Below are positions 40,274-50,453 of a stretch of DNA of 64,000 nucleotides, piece after piece. The DNA lies in the NCBI GenBank assembly GCA_963844925.1, contig CAWJQG010000016.1, positions 12,930 through 76,929 on the forward strand, given 5' to 3'. The position numbers were made by a program, and so were the translations under genes. The notes beneath the pieces were generated by a model. The model saw nothing but the letters and a program-made list of their open reading frames with translations. It did not search any database and was not told the origin of the DNA. The first letter of the stretch is position 1, and the number at the start of each line of letters is the position of its first letter. The DNA is from an uncultured Actinomycetota bacterium (GTDB taxonomy: Bacteria; Actinomycetota; Actinomycetes; Streptosporangiales; Streptosporangiaceae).

Positions 40274-43189
40274 GTGCCAGCAAAGAGCAGGGCCGCAGGC
40301 AAGACCGCGGCGGCCTCGAATAGCAGAGACAACGGGAGCAACGGCAGCGCCGGTGCCGCCGGGAACGGTCATGGCACCAGGCTCGTGATCGTGGAGTCCC
40401 CGGCCAAGGCAAGGACCATCGCCGGCTATCTCGGCAACGGCTACGTGGTCGAGTCGAGCATCGGCCACATCCGCGACATGCCCGCCCAGGCGGCGGAGAT
40501 CCCGGAGAAGTACCGGTCCCAGCCGTGGGCCAGGCTCGGCGTCGACGTCGACAACGACTTCCGGGCGCTCTACGTCGTCCCCGGCGACAAGAAGCAGCAG
40601 GTCTCCAAGCTCAAGTCGCTCCTCAAGGACGCCGACGAGCTCTACCTGGCCACTGATGAGGACCGCGAGGGCGAGGCCATCGCCTGGCACCTGCTCGAGG
40701 AGCTCAAGCCCAAGGTCCCCACCCGCCGGATGGTCTTCCACGAGATCACCCCCGAGGCGATCGCCCGCGCCATCGCCAACCCGACCGTGCTCAACGACGG
40801 CAAGGTGGACGCGTACCAGACCAGGCGCGTCCTCGACCGGCTCTACGGCTACGAGGTCTCCCCGGTGCTGTGGAAGAAGGTCATGCCGAAGCTCTCGGCC
40901 GGCCGCGTGCAGTCGGTCGCGACCCGGCTGATCGTCGACCGGGAGTGGGAGCGGATCAAGTTCCGCTCCGCGAGCTACTGGGACCTGGAGGCCGAGTTCG
41001 GCACCGCCGAGCACGGCAAGGAGCGGCTGCCGGACAAGCCGACCAGCTTCACCGCCAACTTGGTCACCGTGGACGGAGTCCGGGTCGCCCAGGGCCGTGA
41101 CTTCACGTCCGTGGGCGAGCTGCGGGTCGGCGACAAGCAGCCGCTGCTGCACCTCGACGGCGCGTCCGCCGCCGCGCTCGCGCGTCGCCTGCAGGACTCC
41201 AAGGCGACCTTCAGGGTGTCCAGCGTCGAGCGCAAGCCGTACCGCCGGTCACCGTACGCCCCGTTCCGCACGACCACGCTGCAGCAGGAGGGCTCCCGCA
41301 AGCTCGGGTTCTCCACCAAGTACACGATGTCGGTGGCGCAGCGGCTGTACGAGAACGGCTACATCACCTATATGCGGACCGACTCGATCCAGCTCTCGCA
41401 GACCGCGATCGACGCCGCCCGCAGCCAGGCCCGCGAGCTCTACGGCCCCGAGTACGTGCCGGACGCGCCGCGGACCTACGCCAGCAAGGTGAAGAACGCG
41501 CAGGAGGCGCACGAGGCGATCCGCCCGGCGGGCGACCGCTTCCGCACCCCGGCCGAGGCCCAGCGGTCCGGCCTCAAGGCCGACGAGCTCCGCCTGTACG
41601 ACCTGATCTGGAAGCGCACCGTCTCCTGCCAGATGAAGGACGCCACCGGCGAGTCGGTGTCCGTCCGCGTCGAGGGTACCCCCGCGGAAATTCACAGTCA
41701 GTCTTTGGAACGGACCGTGGTTTCTGCCAACGGTCACTCCTTCGACCCGGCGGCGGTGCGCACCACCGAGTTCGGCGCGTCCGGCAAGGTCATCAACTTC
41801 TACGGGTTCCTCAAGGCGTACGTCGAGTCCAACGACGACCAAAGCGCCGACACCGACGACCAGGAGCGCCGGCTGCCGGCGCTGGCAGCGAGCGACCCGC
41901 TCACCGCGCTGCGGATCAACGAGGCCGACCACGCCACCAGGCCGCCGGCCCGCTACACCGAGGCGAGCCTGATCAAGGAGCTGGAAGACCGGGAGATCGG
42001 CCGTCCCTCCACCTACGCGTCCATCATCGGCACGATCCTCGACCGCGGCTACGTCTTCAAGAAGGGCACCGCGCTCGTCCCCTCGTTCCTGGCCTTCGCC
42101 GTGGTCAACCTGCTGGTGCAGCACTTCCCCGAGCTAGTCGACTACGAGTTCACCGCCCAGATGGAGGACGCGCTCGACGAGATCTCCCGCGGCGAGGCCG
42201 AGCGGGTCCCGTGGCTGCGGCGCTTCTACTTCGGCCCGGAGGACAAGACGCCCAATGGCAGCCACGCGGCCAACGGCAACGCGGTGCCGGATGGAGAAGC
42301 CACCGTCCGTTCAGTCAAAAGATCTGGACTTGGACTTAAGGAACTGGTCTCCGACATCACGGAAATCGATGCGCGCGACGTGTCGTCCTTCCCCATCGAC
42401 GGGACCGACATCGTCGTCCGGGTGGGCCGGTACGGCCCCTACCTGGAGCGGGACGGGCAGCGGGCCAACGTGCCTGAGGACATGGCGCCCGACGAGCTGA
42501 CCCCGGAGAAGGCGGAAGAGCTCCTCAGCACCCCCAGCGGGGACAAGGCGCTGGGGTTCGACCCGGTGACCGGGCGCGAGCTGGTGGCCAAGGCCGGGCG
42601 GTTCGGCCCGTACGTCACCGAACTCCTCCCGGAGGGCGCGAAGGACAAGCCGCGGACGGCGTCGCTGCTGAAGTCGATGACGCTGGACACGGTGACGCTC
42701 GACGACGCGGTCGCGCTGCTCAGCCTGCCGCGCACGCTCGGCGAGCTCGACGGCGAGCCGGTCACCGTGCAGAACGGCCGGTACGGGCCCTACGTCAAGC
42801 GCGGCGCGGAGAGCAGGTCGCTGGCGACCGAAGAGGACATGTTCACCGTCACCTTCGAGCAGGCAAAGGAGCTGCTGGCGCAGCCCAAGCCCCGCGGTCG
42901 CGGGCAGGCCGCCGCCGCGCCGCCGCTGCGCGAGCTCGGCGCGGACCCCGCGACCGGCCAGCCGATGGTGGTCAAGGACGGCCGGTTCGGCCCGTACGTG
43001 ACCGACGGTGAGACCAACGCGTCGCTGCGCAAGGGCGACGACGTTTCGACGCTCACGGTCGAGCGCGCCGCCGAACTTCTCGCCGACCGGCGCGCCGCCG
43101 CGCCCGCGCCGCGCGCCAAGCGGACCGCCGCCAAGACCGTTAAGAAAACGCCCAGTCGACGTAAAAGCACCGAAACCAAAGGAAAGTGA
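40274..43189 (+). CDS. topA: DNA topoisomerase I
   Basis: LVIVESPAKA, ATDEDREGE, SAGRVQS, GYITYMRTDS and GRFGPY repeats. Confidence 0.98.
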   Translation: MPAKSRAAGKTAAASNSRDNGSNGSAGAAGNGHGTRLVIVESPAKARTIAGYLGNGYVVESSIGHIRDMPAQAAEIPEKYRSQPWARLGVDVDNDFRALYVVPGDKKQQVSKLKSLLKDADELYLATDEDREGEAIAWHLLEELKPKVPTRRMVFHEITPEAIARAIANPTVLNDGKVDAYQTRRVLDRLYGYEVSPVLWKKVMPKLSAGRVQSVATRLIVDREWERIKFRSASYWDLEAEFGTAEHGKERLPDKPTSFTANLVTVDGVRVAQGRDFTSVGELRVGDKQPLLHLDGASAAALARRLQDSKATFRVSSVERKPYRRSPYAPFRTTTLQQEGSRKLGFSTKYTMSVAQRLYENGYITYMRTDSIQLSQTAIDAARSQARELYGPEYVPDAPRTYASKVKNAQEAHEAIRPAGDRFRTPAEAQRSGLKADELRLYDLIWKRTVSCQMKDATGESVSVRVEGTPAEIHSQSLERTVVSANGHSFDPAAVRTTEFGASGKVINFYGFLKAYVESNDDQSADTDDQERRLPALAASDPLTALRINEADHATRPPARYTEASLIKELEDREIGRPSTYASIIGTILDRGYVFKKGTALVPSFLAFAVVNLLVQHFPELVDYEFTAQMEDALDEISRGEAERVPWLRRFYFGPEDKTPNGSHAANGNAVPDGEATVRSVKRSGLGLKELVSDITEIDARDVSSFPIDGTDIVVRVGRYGPYLERDGQRANVPEDMAPDELTPEKAEELLSTPSGDKALGFDPVTGRELVAKAGRFGPYVTELLPEGAKDKPRTASLLKSMTLDTVTLDDAVALLSLPRTLGELDGEPVTVQNGRYGPYVKRGAESRSLATEEDMFTVTFEQAKELLAQPKPRGRGQAAAAPPLRELGADPATGQPMVVKDGRFGPYVTDGETNASLRKGDDVSTLTVERAAELLADRRAAAPAPRAKRTAAKTVKKTPSRRKSTETKGK

Positions 43190-43245
43190 ATCACGATCAA
43201 GCAGTGGTGACCAGGCACGCTGCCAGCTGTCGGTAGCCTTACGCC

Positions 43246-45441
43246 GTGAACTTCCGCTCCACGCCCCGCAGTGCCAGCCCGGGGGAGACGCCGCCGACCC
43301 GTCGGGCCAGGCGCGCGCGCTCCGGGGACGGAGTGCTGTCCATCAAGCCGTTCCGCAGACTCTGGGTCGCGCTGTCGCTGTCCAGCCTGGGCGACTGGCT
43401 GTCGATCCTGGCGCTGCTCGCGCTCGCCCCGTCGGTGACGCACGGCAGCAACCTGGCGAAGACCGCGTCGATCAGCGGCGTCTGGGTGGTCACGCTGCTG
43501 CCCGCGCTGCTGCTCGGGCCGGTCGCGGGCGCGCTGGCCGACCGGTTCGACCGCCGGACCACGATGATCGTGGGCGATGTGGTGCGCGGCCTGCTGTTCA
43601 TCTCGATCCCGCTGTTCCCCAACCTGACCTGGATCTTCGTAGCGAAGTTCCTGGCCGGGGTCGCGTCGCAGTTCTGGAACCCGGCGGCGTCGGCCACCAT
43701 CCCGAACCTGGTGCCCAAGGAGAAGCTGGAGCGGGCCAACCAGCTCAGCCAGCTGATGACCTACGGCACCGCGCCGCTGGCGGCCATCCTGCTCGCCGTG
43801 CTCGGCTACATCGCCACCGGGCTCGGCCACGTCTCCCCGGTCTTCCACACCAACAAGATCGACCTGGCGCTGTACTTCAACGGCGCGTCCTACTTCGTCT
43901 CCGCGCTCACGGTGTACTTCCTGCGGCAGATCGGGAAGCGCGAGGGCAGCGGGTCGATCTCGGTGCCGTCGATCGCCAAGGCCATCTGGGAGGGCTGGCG
44001 CTTCATCCGGCACACGCCCGTCGTGCGCGGCCTGGTGATCGGGATGCTCGGCGCGTTCTGCGCGGCCGGCGTCGTGATCGGCCTCGCCCCCTCCTACATC
44101 CAGTACACGCTGAAGGGCGGGTCCGCCGGGTTCAGCCTCGTCTTCGCGATGATCCTGATCGGCCTGGCGATCGGGATGGGGTTCGGCAGCAGACCCTTCG
44201 GCGCCTTCTCCCGGCGTCGGCTGTTCGGCGTCACGCTGACCGCGTCCGCGGTGCCGCTCGCCATGATCGCGCTGGTGCCGAACCTGGCCATCGTCACGAT
44301 CTTCGTGTTCCTCATGGGGGTCATATCCGGCACCGCGTACCCGACCGGGTTCACGATCGTCGGGCTTGAGGTCGACGACGCCACCCGCGGCCGGGTGTTC
44401 GCGTTCTTCCAGTCGACGATCCAGGCCATCCTGCTCATGGTGATCGCGGTCGCGGGGTTCGTCGCCACCGGCTTCTCCGCCGCCATCTCGGCGCTGAGCG
44501 GGACCAAGAACGGCGAGATCCAGATCGCGCACATCACCTACGGCTCCCCCGGGGACAACCTGCTGCTCCTGCTGTCGGCGGTGCTGGTGGCGTACGTCGG
44601 CATCAAGTCCTACCGGGAGCTCGACGACCGCAAGGGCGTTCCGCTGCGCGAGGACCTGGTGACCGCGTTCCGCGGCGAGCCGCTGGTGTCGGCGCCCGGC
44701 GCGGCCGAGGCCGACGTGCACGGCCCGTCCTCCCGTTACCCGGGGCTGTTCATCGCGTTCGAGGGCGGCGAGGGCGCGGGCAAGACGACGCAGGCCCGGT
44801 CGATCGCGATCTGGCTGCGCGAGCAGGGCTACGACGTGGTGACCACGCACGAGCCCGGCGCGACCAAGATCGGCATGCGGCTGCGCGCGCTGCTTCTCGA
44901 CACCTCCCAGGTGGGCATGTCGTCGCAGGCCGAGGCGCTGCTCTACGCGGCCGACCGGGCCGAGCACGTGGCCAAGGTGATCGACCCGGCCCTGCGGCGC
45001 GGCGCGGTCGTGATCACCGACCGGTACATCGACTCCTCGCTCGCCTACCAGGGTGCCGGGCGTGGCATACCGACGGCGGACATCGCGCGGCTGAACAGCT
45101 GGGCGACCGACGGGCGGATGCCCGACCTCACCGTGCTGCTCGACATGGACCCGGTGGCGGGGCTCAGCCGGCACGTCCGCTCGGCCGACCGGCTCGAGGC
45201 GGAGCCTGCGGAGTTCCACCGCCGGGTGCGCCACGGGTTTCTTGCGCTGGCGCACAGCGACCCCGAGCGGTACCTGGTGCTGGACGCGGCCGCGCCGCCC
45301 GAGCTGGTCAGCGAGCTGATCAAGGACCGGATCAGGGAGCTGCTGCCCGACCCGGTACCGCGCACCGCCGAGGCGAATACCGGCTCCTTCCCCGCCATCA
45401 CGGACGCCGCGGACGCCGCGGACGTCGCGGACCGGCGATGA
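43246..45441 (+). CDS. tmk: MFS-domain/thymidylate kinase fusion
   Basis: Multi-TM N-terminus with GALADRFDRR; C-terminal FEGGEGAGKTTQ and DRYIDSSLAYQG. Confidence 0.93.
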   Translation: MNFRSTPRSASPGETPPTRRARRARSGDGVLSIKPFRRLWVALSLSSLGDWLSILALLALAPSVTHGSNLAKTASISGVWVVTLLPALLLGPVAGALADRFDRRTTMIVGDVVRGLLFISIPLFPNLTWIFVAKFLAGVASQFWNPAASATIPNLVPKEKLERANQLSQLMTYGTAPLAAILLAVLGYIATGLGHVSPVFHTNKIDLALYFNGASYFVSALTVYFLRQIGKREGSGSISVPSIAKAIWEGWRFIRHTPVVRGLVIGMLGAFCAAGVVIGLAPSYIQYTLKGGSAGFSLVFAMILIGLAIGMGFGSRPFGAFSRRRLFGVTLTASAVPLAMIALVPNLAIVTIFVFLMGVISGTAYPTGFTIVGLEVDDATRGRVFAFFQSTIQAILLMVIAVAGFVATGFSAAISALSGTKNGEIQIAHITYGSPGDNLLLLLSAVLVAYVGIKSYRELDDRKGVPLREDLVTAFRGEPLVSAPGAAEADVHGPSSRYPGLFIAFEGGEGAGKTTQARSIAIWLREQGYDVVTTHEPGATKIGMRLRALLLDTSQVGMSSQAEALLYAADRAEHVAKVIDPALRRGAVVITDRYIDSSLAYQGAGRGIPTADIARLNSWATDGRMPDLTVLLDMDPVAGLSRHVRSADRLEAEPAEFHRRVRHGFLALAHSDPERYLVLDAAAPPELVSELIKDRIRELLPDPVPRTAEANTGSFPAITDAADAADVADRR

Positions 45442-46580
45442 GCGTCTTCGACCAGCTCGCCGGGCAGGACGCGGTGGTCGCGCAGCTGCAGGCGGCGATC
45501 AGCCACTCGATGACGCACGCCTGGCTGTTCACCGGGCCGCCCGGGTCCGGGCGGTCGGTCGCGGCCCGCGCCTTCGCCGCCGCCCTGCTGTGCCAGTACG
45601 GCGGCTGCGGCGAGTGCTCGTCATGCCGCCAGGTCCGCGCCGGAACCCACGCCGACCTGCTGCTGGTCCGTCCCGATGGGCTCTCCTACGGCGTTCGCCA
45701 GACGCGGGACCTGGTGCTCCGCGCGGCCGGGGCGCCGTCCGGCGGACGCTGGCACGTGGTGCTGTTCGAGGACGCGGACCGGTGCACCGAGGCGGCCGCC
45801 AACGCGCTGCTGAAGGCGATCGAGGAGCCGGCCCCGCGGACGGTGTGGCTGCTCTGCGCGCCGAGCGCGGAGGACCTGGTGACCACGATCAGGTCCCGCT
45901 GCCGGGTGATGACGCTGCGCCAGCCGCCGTCGGAGGCGGTGGCTTCCGTACTGGCGTCACGGGATGGAATCGACTACGAGCGGGCGCTGGCGGCCGCGCG
46001 GGCCGCGCAGGGGCACGTCGGCCGCGCCCGCCGGCTGGCGCTGGACCCGGCCGCCGCCGCGCGGCGCGAGGCGGTGCTGCGAGTGCCGCTGCAATCCACC
46101 TCGCTTGGGCCCGCCCTGGCGGCGGCCGCCGCGCTGGTGAAGACGGCCGAGGACGAGGCCAAGACGGTGACCGAGCAGCTGGACGAGCCGGAGCGCGACG
46201 CCATGCGCCAGGCGTTCGGCGAGGGCGCGACGGGCAAGGGCGTGGCCAAGGCGATGCGCGGCATGGCCGGCGCCATGAAGGACCTGGAGGACCGGCAGAA
46301 GTCGCGCGCGACCCGGGTCAAGCGCGACACCCTCGACGGCGCGCTGCTCGAGCTGGCGGCGTACTACCGAGACGTGCTGATGGTGCAGCTGGGCGTGGAC
46401 GGCGTCGAGCTTGCCAATTTGGACCATCTGGCCGACCTGCAGCGGCTGGCGGCGGCCAGCCCGCCCGAGGGGACGCTCCGCCGCATCCAGGCGGTCATGC
46501 GGTGCCGGGAGCGGCTCACCCTCAACGTCGCCCCGCTGCTCGCGGTCGAGGAGCTGACGATCTCGCTCGCGCGGGGCTGA
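45438..46580 (+). CDS. holB: DNA polymerase III subunit delta'
   Basis: HAWLFTGPPGSG, Zn Cys cluster, ANALLKAIEEP and TIRSRC; follows tmk. Confidence 0.95.
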   Translation: MSVFDQLAGQDAVVAQLQAAISHSMTHAWLFTGPPGSGRSVAARAFAAALLCQYGGCGECSSCRQVRAGTHADLLLVRPDGLSYGVRQTRDLVLRAAGAPSGGRWHVVLFEDADRCTEAAANALLKAIEEPAPRTVWLLCAPSAEDLVTTIRSRCRVMTLRQPPSEAVASVLASRDGIDYERALAAARAAQGHVGRARRLALDPAAAARREAVLRVPLQSTSLGPALAAAAALVKTAEDEAKTVTEQLDEPERDAMRQAFGEGATGKGVAKAMRGMAGAMKDLEDRQKSRATRVKRDTLDGALLELAAYYRDVLMVQLGVDGVELANLDHLADLQRLAAASPPEGTLRRIQAVMRCRERLTLNVAPLLAVEELTISLARG

Positions 46581-46660
46581 GGTTGTCTTACGGCGGGGGC
46601 CGCATTCAGTAACCGATACGCGGCCTACTGCTCGGCGTCAAGCTGATACATTGCGTTGCC

Positions 46661-47605
46661 GTGGATCACAGACGGAGTCTGGTAACCGGCGGCTCAGGTT
46701 TCATCGGATCCCACTTGTGCAAGCGCCTCCTTGCGCTAGGTCACGACGTGCTCGTCGCAGACAACTTCTACTCGAGCAGCCGGCACAACGTGCACGAACT
46801 GCTTGACGAACCGCGTTTCGAGCTCATCCGGCACGACGTGACGTTCCCGCTCTACGTCGAGGTCGACGAGATCTACCATCTCGCCTGCCCCGCGTCGCCG
46901 GTCTACTACCAGCGGGACCCGGTGCAGACCACCAAGACCTGCGTGCACGGGTCGATCAACATGCTGGGCCTGGCCAAGCGGCTGGGCGCGCGGATCCTGC
47001 TCTCCTCCACCTCCGAGGTGTACGGGGACCCGGCCGTGCACCCGCAGTCGGAGTCGTACTGGGGCAACGTCAACCCGATCGGCATCCGGTCCTGCTATGA
47101 CGAGGGCAAGCGGGCCGCGGAGACGCTGTTCTTCGACTATCACCGGCAGCACGGGCTGCCGATCAAGGTCGCCCGTATCTTCAACACCTACGGACCGAAG
47201 ATGCTCCCTGACGACGGCCGCGTCGTGTCGAACTTCATCGTCCAGGCGCTGCGCGGCGAGCCGCTAACGGTGTTCGGCGACGGGTCGCAGACCCGGTCGT
47301 TCTGCTATGTCGATGACGTGGTCGAGGGGCTGATCGCGCTCATGAACTCGCCGTCGGAGGTGACCGGACCAGTAAACCTCGGCAACCCGCGCGAGTTCAC
47401 GATGCTCGAACTGGCGAAGCAAGTCATGGACCTGACCGGGAGCAGCTGCCCCGTAGAGCATCGTCCGCTGCCCGCTGACGACCCGACCCGCCGCAGGCCA
47501 GACATCAGCCAGGCGAAGGAGCTACTGGGCTGGGCGCCCGCGGTCCCACTCAGGGACGGTCTCAGCCGCACCGTCGGGTATTTCCGCGAGGCGCTCGCCG
47601 GCTGA
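46661..47605 (+). CDS. UDP-glucuronate decarboxylase (SDR epimerase family)
   Basis: [28 protein letters not shown] and YDEGKR motifs. Confidence 0.92.
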   Translation: MDHRRSLVTGGSGFIGSHLCKRLLALGHDVLVADNFYSSSRHNVHELLDEPRFELIRHDVTFPLYVEVDEIYHLACPASPVYYQRDPVQTTKTCVHGSINMLGLAKRLGARILLSSTSEVYGDPAVHPQSESYWGNVNPIGIRSCYDEGKRAAETLFFDYHRQHGLPIKVARIFNTYGPKMLPDDGRVVSNFIVQALRGEPLTVFGDGSQTRSFCYVDDVVEGLIALMNSPSEVTGPVNLGNPREFTMLELAKQVMDLTGSSCPVEHRPLPADDPTRRRPDISQAKELLGWAPAVPLRDGLSRTVGYFREALAG

Positions 47606-47655
47606 GGAACTTACAGCACCTAACGCTTTGGACCGCCGGGACGTAGTCTGGCGCG

Positions 47656-48486
47656 ATGGGCATGATCATGGCGGTCAGTTTCGAGCGGTATGGGCGGCTT
47701 TACTACCTGGATCCGGGCGGCCATGAGCCCAAGATCGGCGACAAGGTGCTGGTGCCGACCGACGGCGGCCCCGAGATCGCCGAGTGCGTCTGGGCGCCCC
47801 AGTGGATGTCGGAAGACGTTGCCGGCCTGCCCGTCTGCGCTGGCCTCGCCGACTCCGATGACCTGGCCAGGGACGAGGACAACCGGCGGCGCAGGGCCGA
47901 GGGACGGCTGGCCGCGCGGCGGCTGATCCGCGAGCACCAGCTGCCGATGAAGGTCGTAGCGGTGGACTACGTGCCGACGACCAACGTGTTTACTGTCTAC
48001 TTCAGCGCCCCGGAGCGGGTCGACTTCCGCGCGCTCGTACGCGACCTGGCGGCCCGGCTGCGGAGCCGGATCGAGCTGCAGCAGATCGGCCCGCGCGACG
48101 AGGCCCGGCTGCAGGGCGGCATCGGCCCGTGCGGCCGGGACCTGTGCTGCGCGACGTTCCTCAAGGACTTCGAGCCGGTCTCCGTCCGGATGGCCAAGGA
48201 CCAGGACCTGCCGGTGAACCCGATGCGGATCGCGGGGGCGTGCGGGCGGCTGATGTGCTGCCTGAAGTACGAGCACCCGCTCTACCAGGAGTTCAAGAAG
48301 GACGCGCCGCCCACCGGTACCAAGGTCGAAACGGCGGAGGGCCCCGGCACCGTCGTCGGGCACAACGTGCCGTCGGACAGCGTCGTGGTCAAGCTGACGG
48401 GTGACGGCCGCAGTTGCGTCTGCTCCGTGTCCAGCGTCTGCGGCTCGCGCAAGGCCTACGAGTCCGCCCATCCCGCCGGCAAGTAA
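47656..48486 (+). CDS. PSP1 / RicT(YaaT)-like protein
   Basis: RVDFRALV, GPCGRDLCC, MAKDQ and GACGRLMCCLKYE motifs. Confidence 0.92.
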   Translation: MGMIMAVSFERYGRLYYLDPGGHEPKIGDKVLVPTDGGPEIAECVWAPQWMSEDVAGLPVCAGLADSDDLARDEDNRRRRAEGRLAARRLIREHQLPMKVVAVDYVPTTNVFTVYFSAPERVDFRALVRDLAARLRSRIELQQIGPRDEARLQGGIGPCGRDLCCATFLKDFEPVSVRMAKDQDLPVNPMRIAGACGRLMCCLKYEHPLYQEFKKDAPPTGTKVETAEGPGTVVGHNVPSDSVVVKLTGDGRSCVCSVSSVCGSRKAYESAHPAGK

Positions 48487-48598
48487 TCCGTTGTAACGCC
48501 TGAGCGGTTGCAGGGATGAAATGAACGGGACCGGCCGCGGAGAGACCGTTATGGGCGATCTGCGGCCGGCCTGTCAGGAGGGCGATACGCTGCCAGCG

Positions 48599-49195
48599 AT
48601 GGAATCGGACGAGGAGCTGCTGCGGCGGCTGCGCGCGGGGGACGAGCGGGCATTCGTCATCCTTGTTGAGCGGCATAACGGCGCCATGCTCCGCCTCGCG
48701 CTGTCGTTCGTCCCCAGCCGCGCCGTGGCCGAGGAGGTTGTCCAGGACACCTGGCTCGCGGCGCTGCGCGGGCTGACGGCTTTCGAAGGCCGGTCGTCGC
48801 TGAAGACCTGGCTGTTCTCCATCCTCGTCAACCGGGCGCGGACGACCGGCGTGCGGGAGGCGCGTTCGGTTCCGGTCGCCGACGCCGGGCCGGCGGTGGA
48901 CGCGTCCCGCTTCGGACCCGACGGGGCGTGGGCGGTGCCGCCCGAGCACTGGATCGAGGAAGCGGACAACCGCATCGATGCGGTTAAGCTGGCAGATCTG
49001 CTGCGGGTCCTGCTCGACACGCTGCCCGCGCGGCAGCGTGAGGTCGTGCTCCTGCGCGACGTGGAGGAACTGAGCAGCGCGGACGTCTGTGACGTGCTCG
49101 CGATCAGCGAGGCCAACCAGCGGGTGCTGCTGCACCGGGGGCGCGCGAAGCTGCGACAGGCGCTTGAGTCGGAACTGGGAGGTGCACCGCGATGA
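48599..49195 (+). CDS. ECF RNA polymerase sigma factor
   Basis: AEEVVQDTW, FEGRSSLKTWL, LPARQREV and RVLLHRGR motifs. Confidence 0.92.
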   Translation: MESDEELLRRLRAGDERAFVILVERHNGAMLRLALSFVPSRAVAEEVVQDTWLAALRGLTAFEGRSSLKTWLFSILVNRARTTGVREARSVPVADAGPAVDASRFGPDGAWAVPPEHWIEEADNRIDAVKLADLLRVLLDTLPARQREVVLLRDVEELSSADVCDVLAISEANQRVLLHRGRAKLRQALESELGGAPR

Positions 49196-49503
49196 CGATC
49201 TGGTTCCCGCGGCCCCGCTTCTTCCCTGGGCTGCGCGCCCGCTGGCGCGTTCGTTCGCTCGTTCCTGACCTGGTCTGCCAGCAGGTTGTGGAGCTGGTGA
49301 CCGACTACCTGGAGGGCGCGCTGTCGGCGGCGGACCGGCGGCGGTTCGAGGAGCACCTGGCGGGCTGCCCGTACTGCACCGAGTACCTGGCCCAGCTGCG
49401 CGAGACGATCCGGCTGGCCGGGCGGCTCACCCCGGAGGACCTGACGCCCGACATGCGTTCCGACCTGACGGACTTGTACCGGCGGTGGCGGGCGGCGGGC
49501 TGA
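49192..49503 (+). CDS. zf-HC2 anti-sigma factor
   Basis: C..VELVTDYLEG and HLAGCPYC; overlaps the sigma stop. Confidence 0.88.
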   Translation: MTIWFPRPRFFPGLRARWRVRSLVPDLVCQQVVELVTDYLEGALSAADRRRFEEHLAGCPYCTEYLAQLRETIRLAGRLTPEDLTPDMRSDLTDLYRRWRAAG

Positions 49504-49533
49504 CGCGGGTACGGCGGGCGCGCGGTGCGCGGG

Positions 49534-49950
49534 TCAGGTGCTTGACCAGCCCGTCCAGTTATCTGCCTGGATGACGATCACGGGACCTGCCGGGCGCGTC
49601 GTCCGGTACTGCTCGTAGCGTCCGGCGAGTGAGTCGATCGGGTGCGCGACCGCACGGCTGTCATCGACGACGCTCGCCCAGCCATCGACGCGCACCCACC
49701 AGAGCTGGTCCCAGTCGTCCGCGTAGTGGTCGGCGAGGATCGCGACGCGCGGGTTCTCCCTGATGTTGCGGAGCCGCTTCAGCTTCGTCGTCGACTTGGG
49801 CTTGTGATCGACGGTGATGTATATCAGGTCGTCGTCGACCGCGAACGTGACGGGCACCAGATACGGCTGCCCATCCGCCCCGGCCGTTGCCAGCCGCGCC
49901 ACCCGCGCGGCGGTGAGCCGCGCCCGCGCTTCTTCTTCGGTCAGTCGCAC
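49534..49950 (-). CDS. PPOX-class F420-dependent oxidoreductase
   Basis: ARLAT..PYLVPVTF, VDHKPK, RLRNIRENP and LWWVRVDG motifs. Confidence 0.88.
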   Translation of the reverse strand: MRLTEEEARARLTAARVARLATAGADGQPYLVPVTFAVDDDLIYITVDHKPKSTTKLKRLRNIRENPRVAILADHYADDWDQLWWVRVDGWASVVDDSRAVAHPIDSLAGRYEQYRTTRPAGPVIVIQADNWTGWSST

Positions 49951-50096
49951 CCACCGATTGTCGCACCCGGCCGGTTGCGAGATCCAACCCCGCCTACAGC
50001 TCTCATAGGCGACCGGACGCCACACGCCAGCCAAACACGCAACCGAATATCACCTTGAGTAACTCACTGCTGCACGTTCCGTAATACAGTCAGGTC

Positions 50097-50453
50097 ATGG
50101 ACTGGATCGAGGCCGCCGGCTGGGGGATAGCCGGGGGGCTAGCCGCTGGACTCGTCATGCTCATGACCGCCGTCACCGCAGCAGATTTCAAGTGGCCCTG
50201 GAAGCCCGGCGAAATCTGGCCGCGACTGTTCGTCATCGGCTGCGGGCTGATCGTGGGCGCAATAGTCGCAGCCGCCGCGCACGCCCAGATGAGCGGGGGC
50301 TGGCCGGCGTTCGTCATGGGCGCAGGCGCACCCGCCAGCATCCGCGGCATCCTGTCCGGCATAGAGGTCCACCCCAAGCTCCCTACGTCGGCAGCCCAGC
50401 CGGAATCGCAGGCCCATGCCAGGGAGACCATCTCCGAGGGAACAAGCCAATGA
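50097..50453 (+). CDS. Small membrane protein
   Basis: 118 aa with three hydrophobic Gly-rich segments; ATGA overlap with the next gene. Confidence 0.65.
   Translation: MDWIEAAGWGIAGGLAAGLVMLMTAVTAADFKWPWKPGEIWPRLFVIGCGLIVGAIVAAAAHAQMSGGWPAFVMGAGAPASIRGILSGIEVHPKLPTSAAQPESQAHARETISEGTSQ

Noticed and set aside
42790-45255. 821-aa antisense ORF, and similar long shadow ORFs elsewhere
   Set aside because: Antisense to recognised genes; expected from high-GC codon bias; no motifs.
43246-45441. MFS-thymidylate kinase fusion as a novelty
   Set aside because: Known feature of the topA-tmk-holB locus in many actinobacteria.
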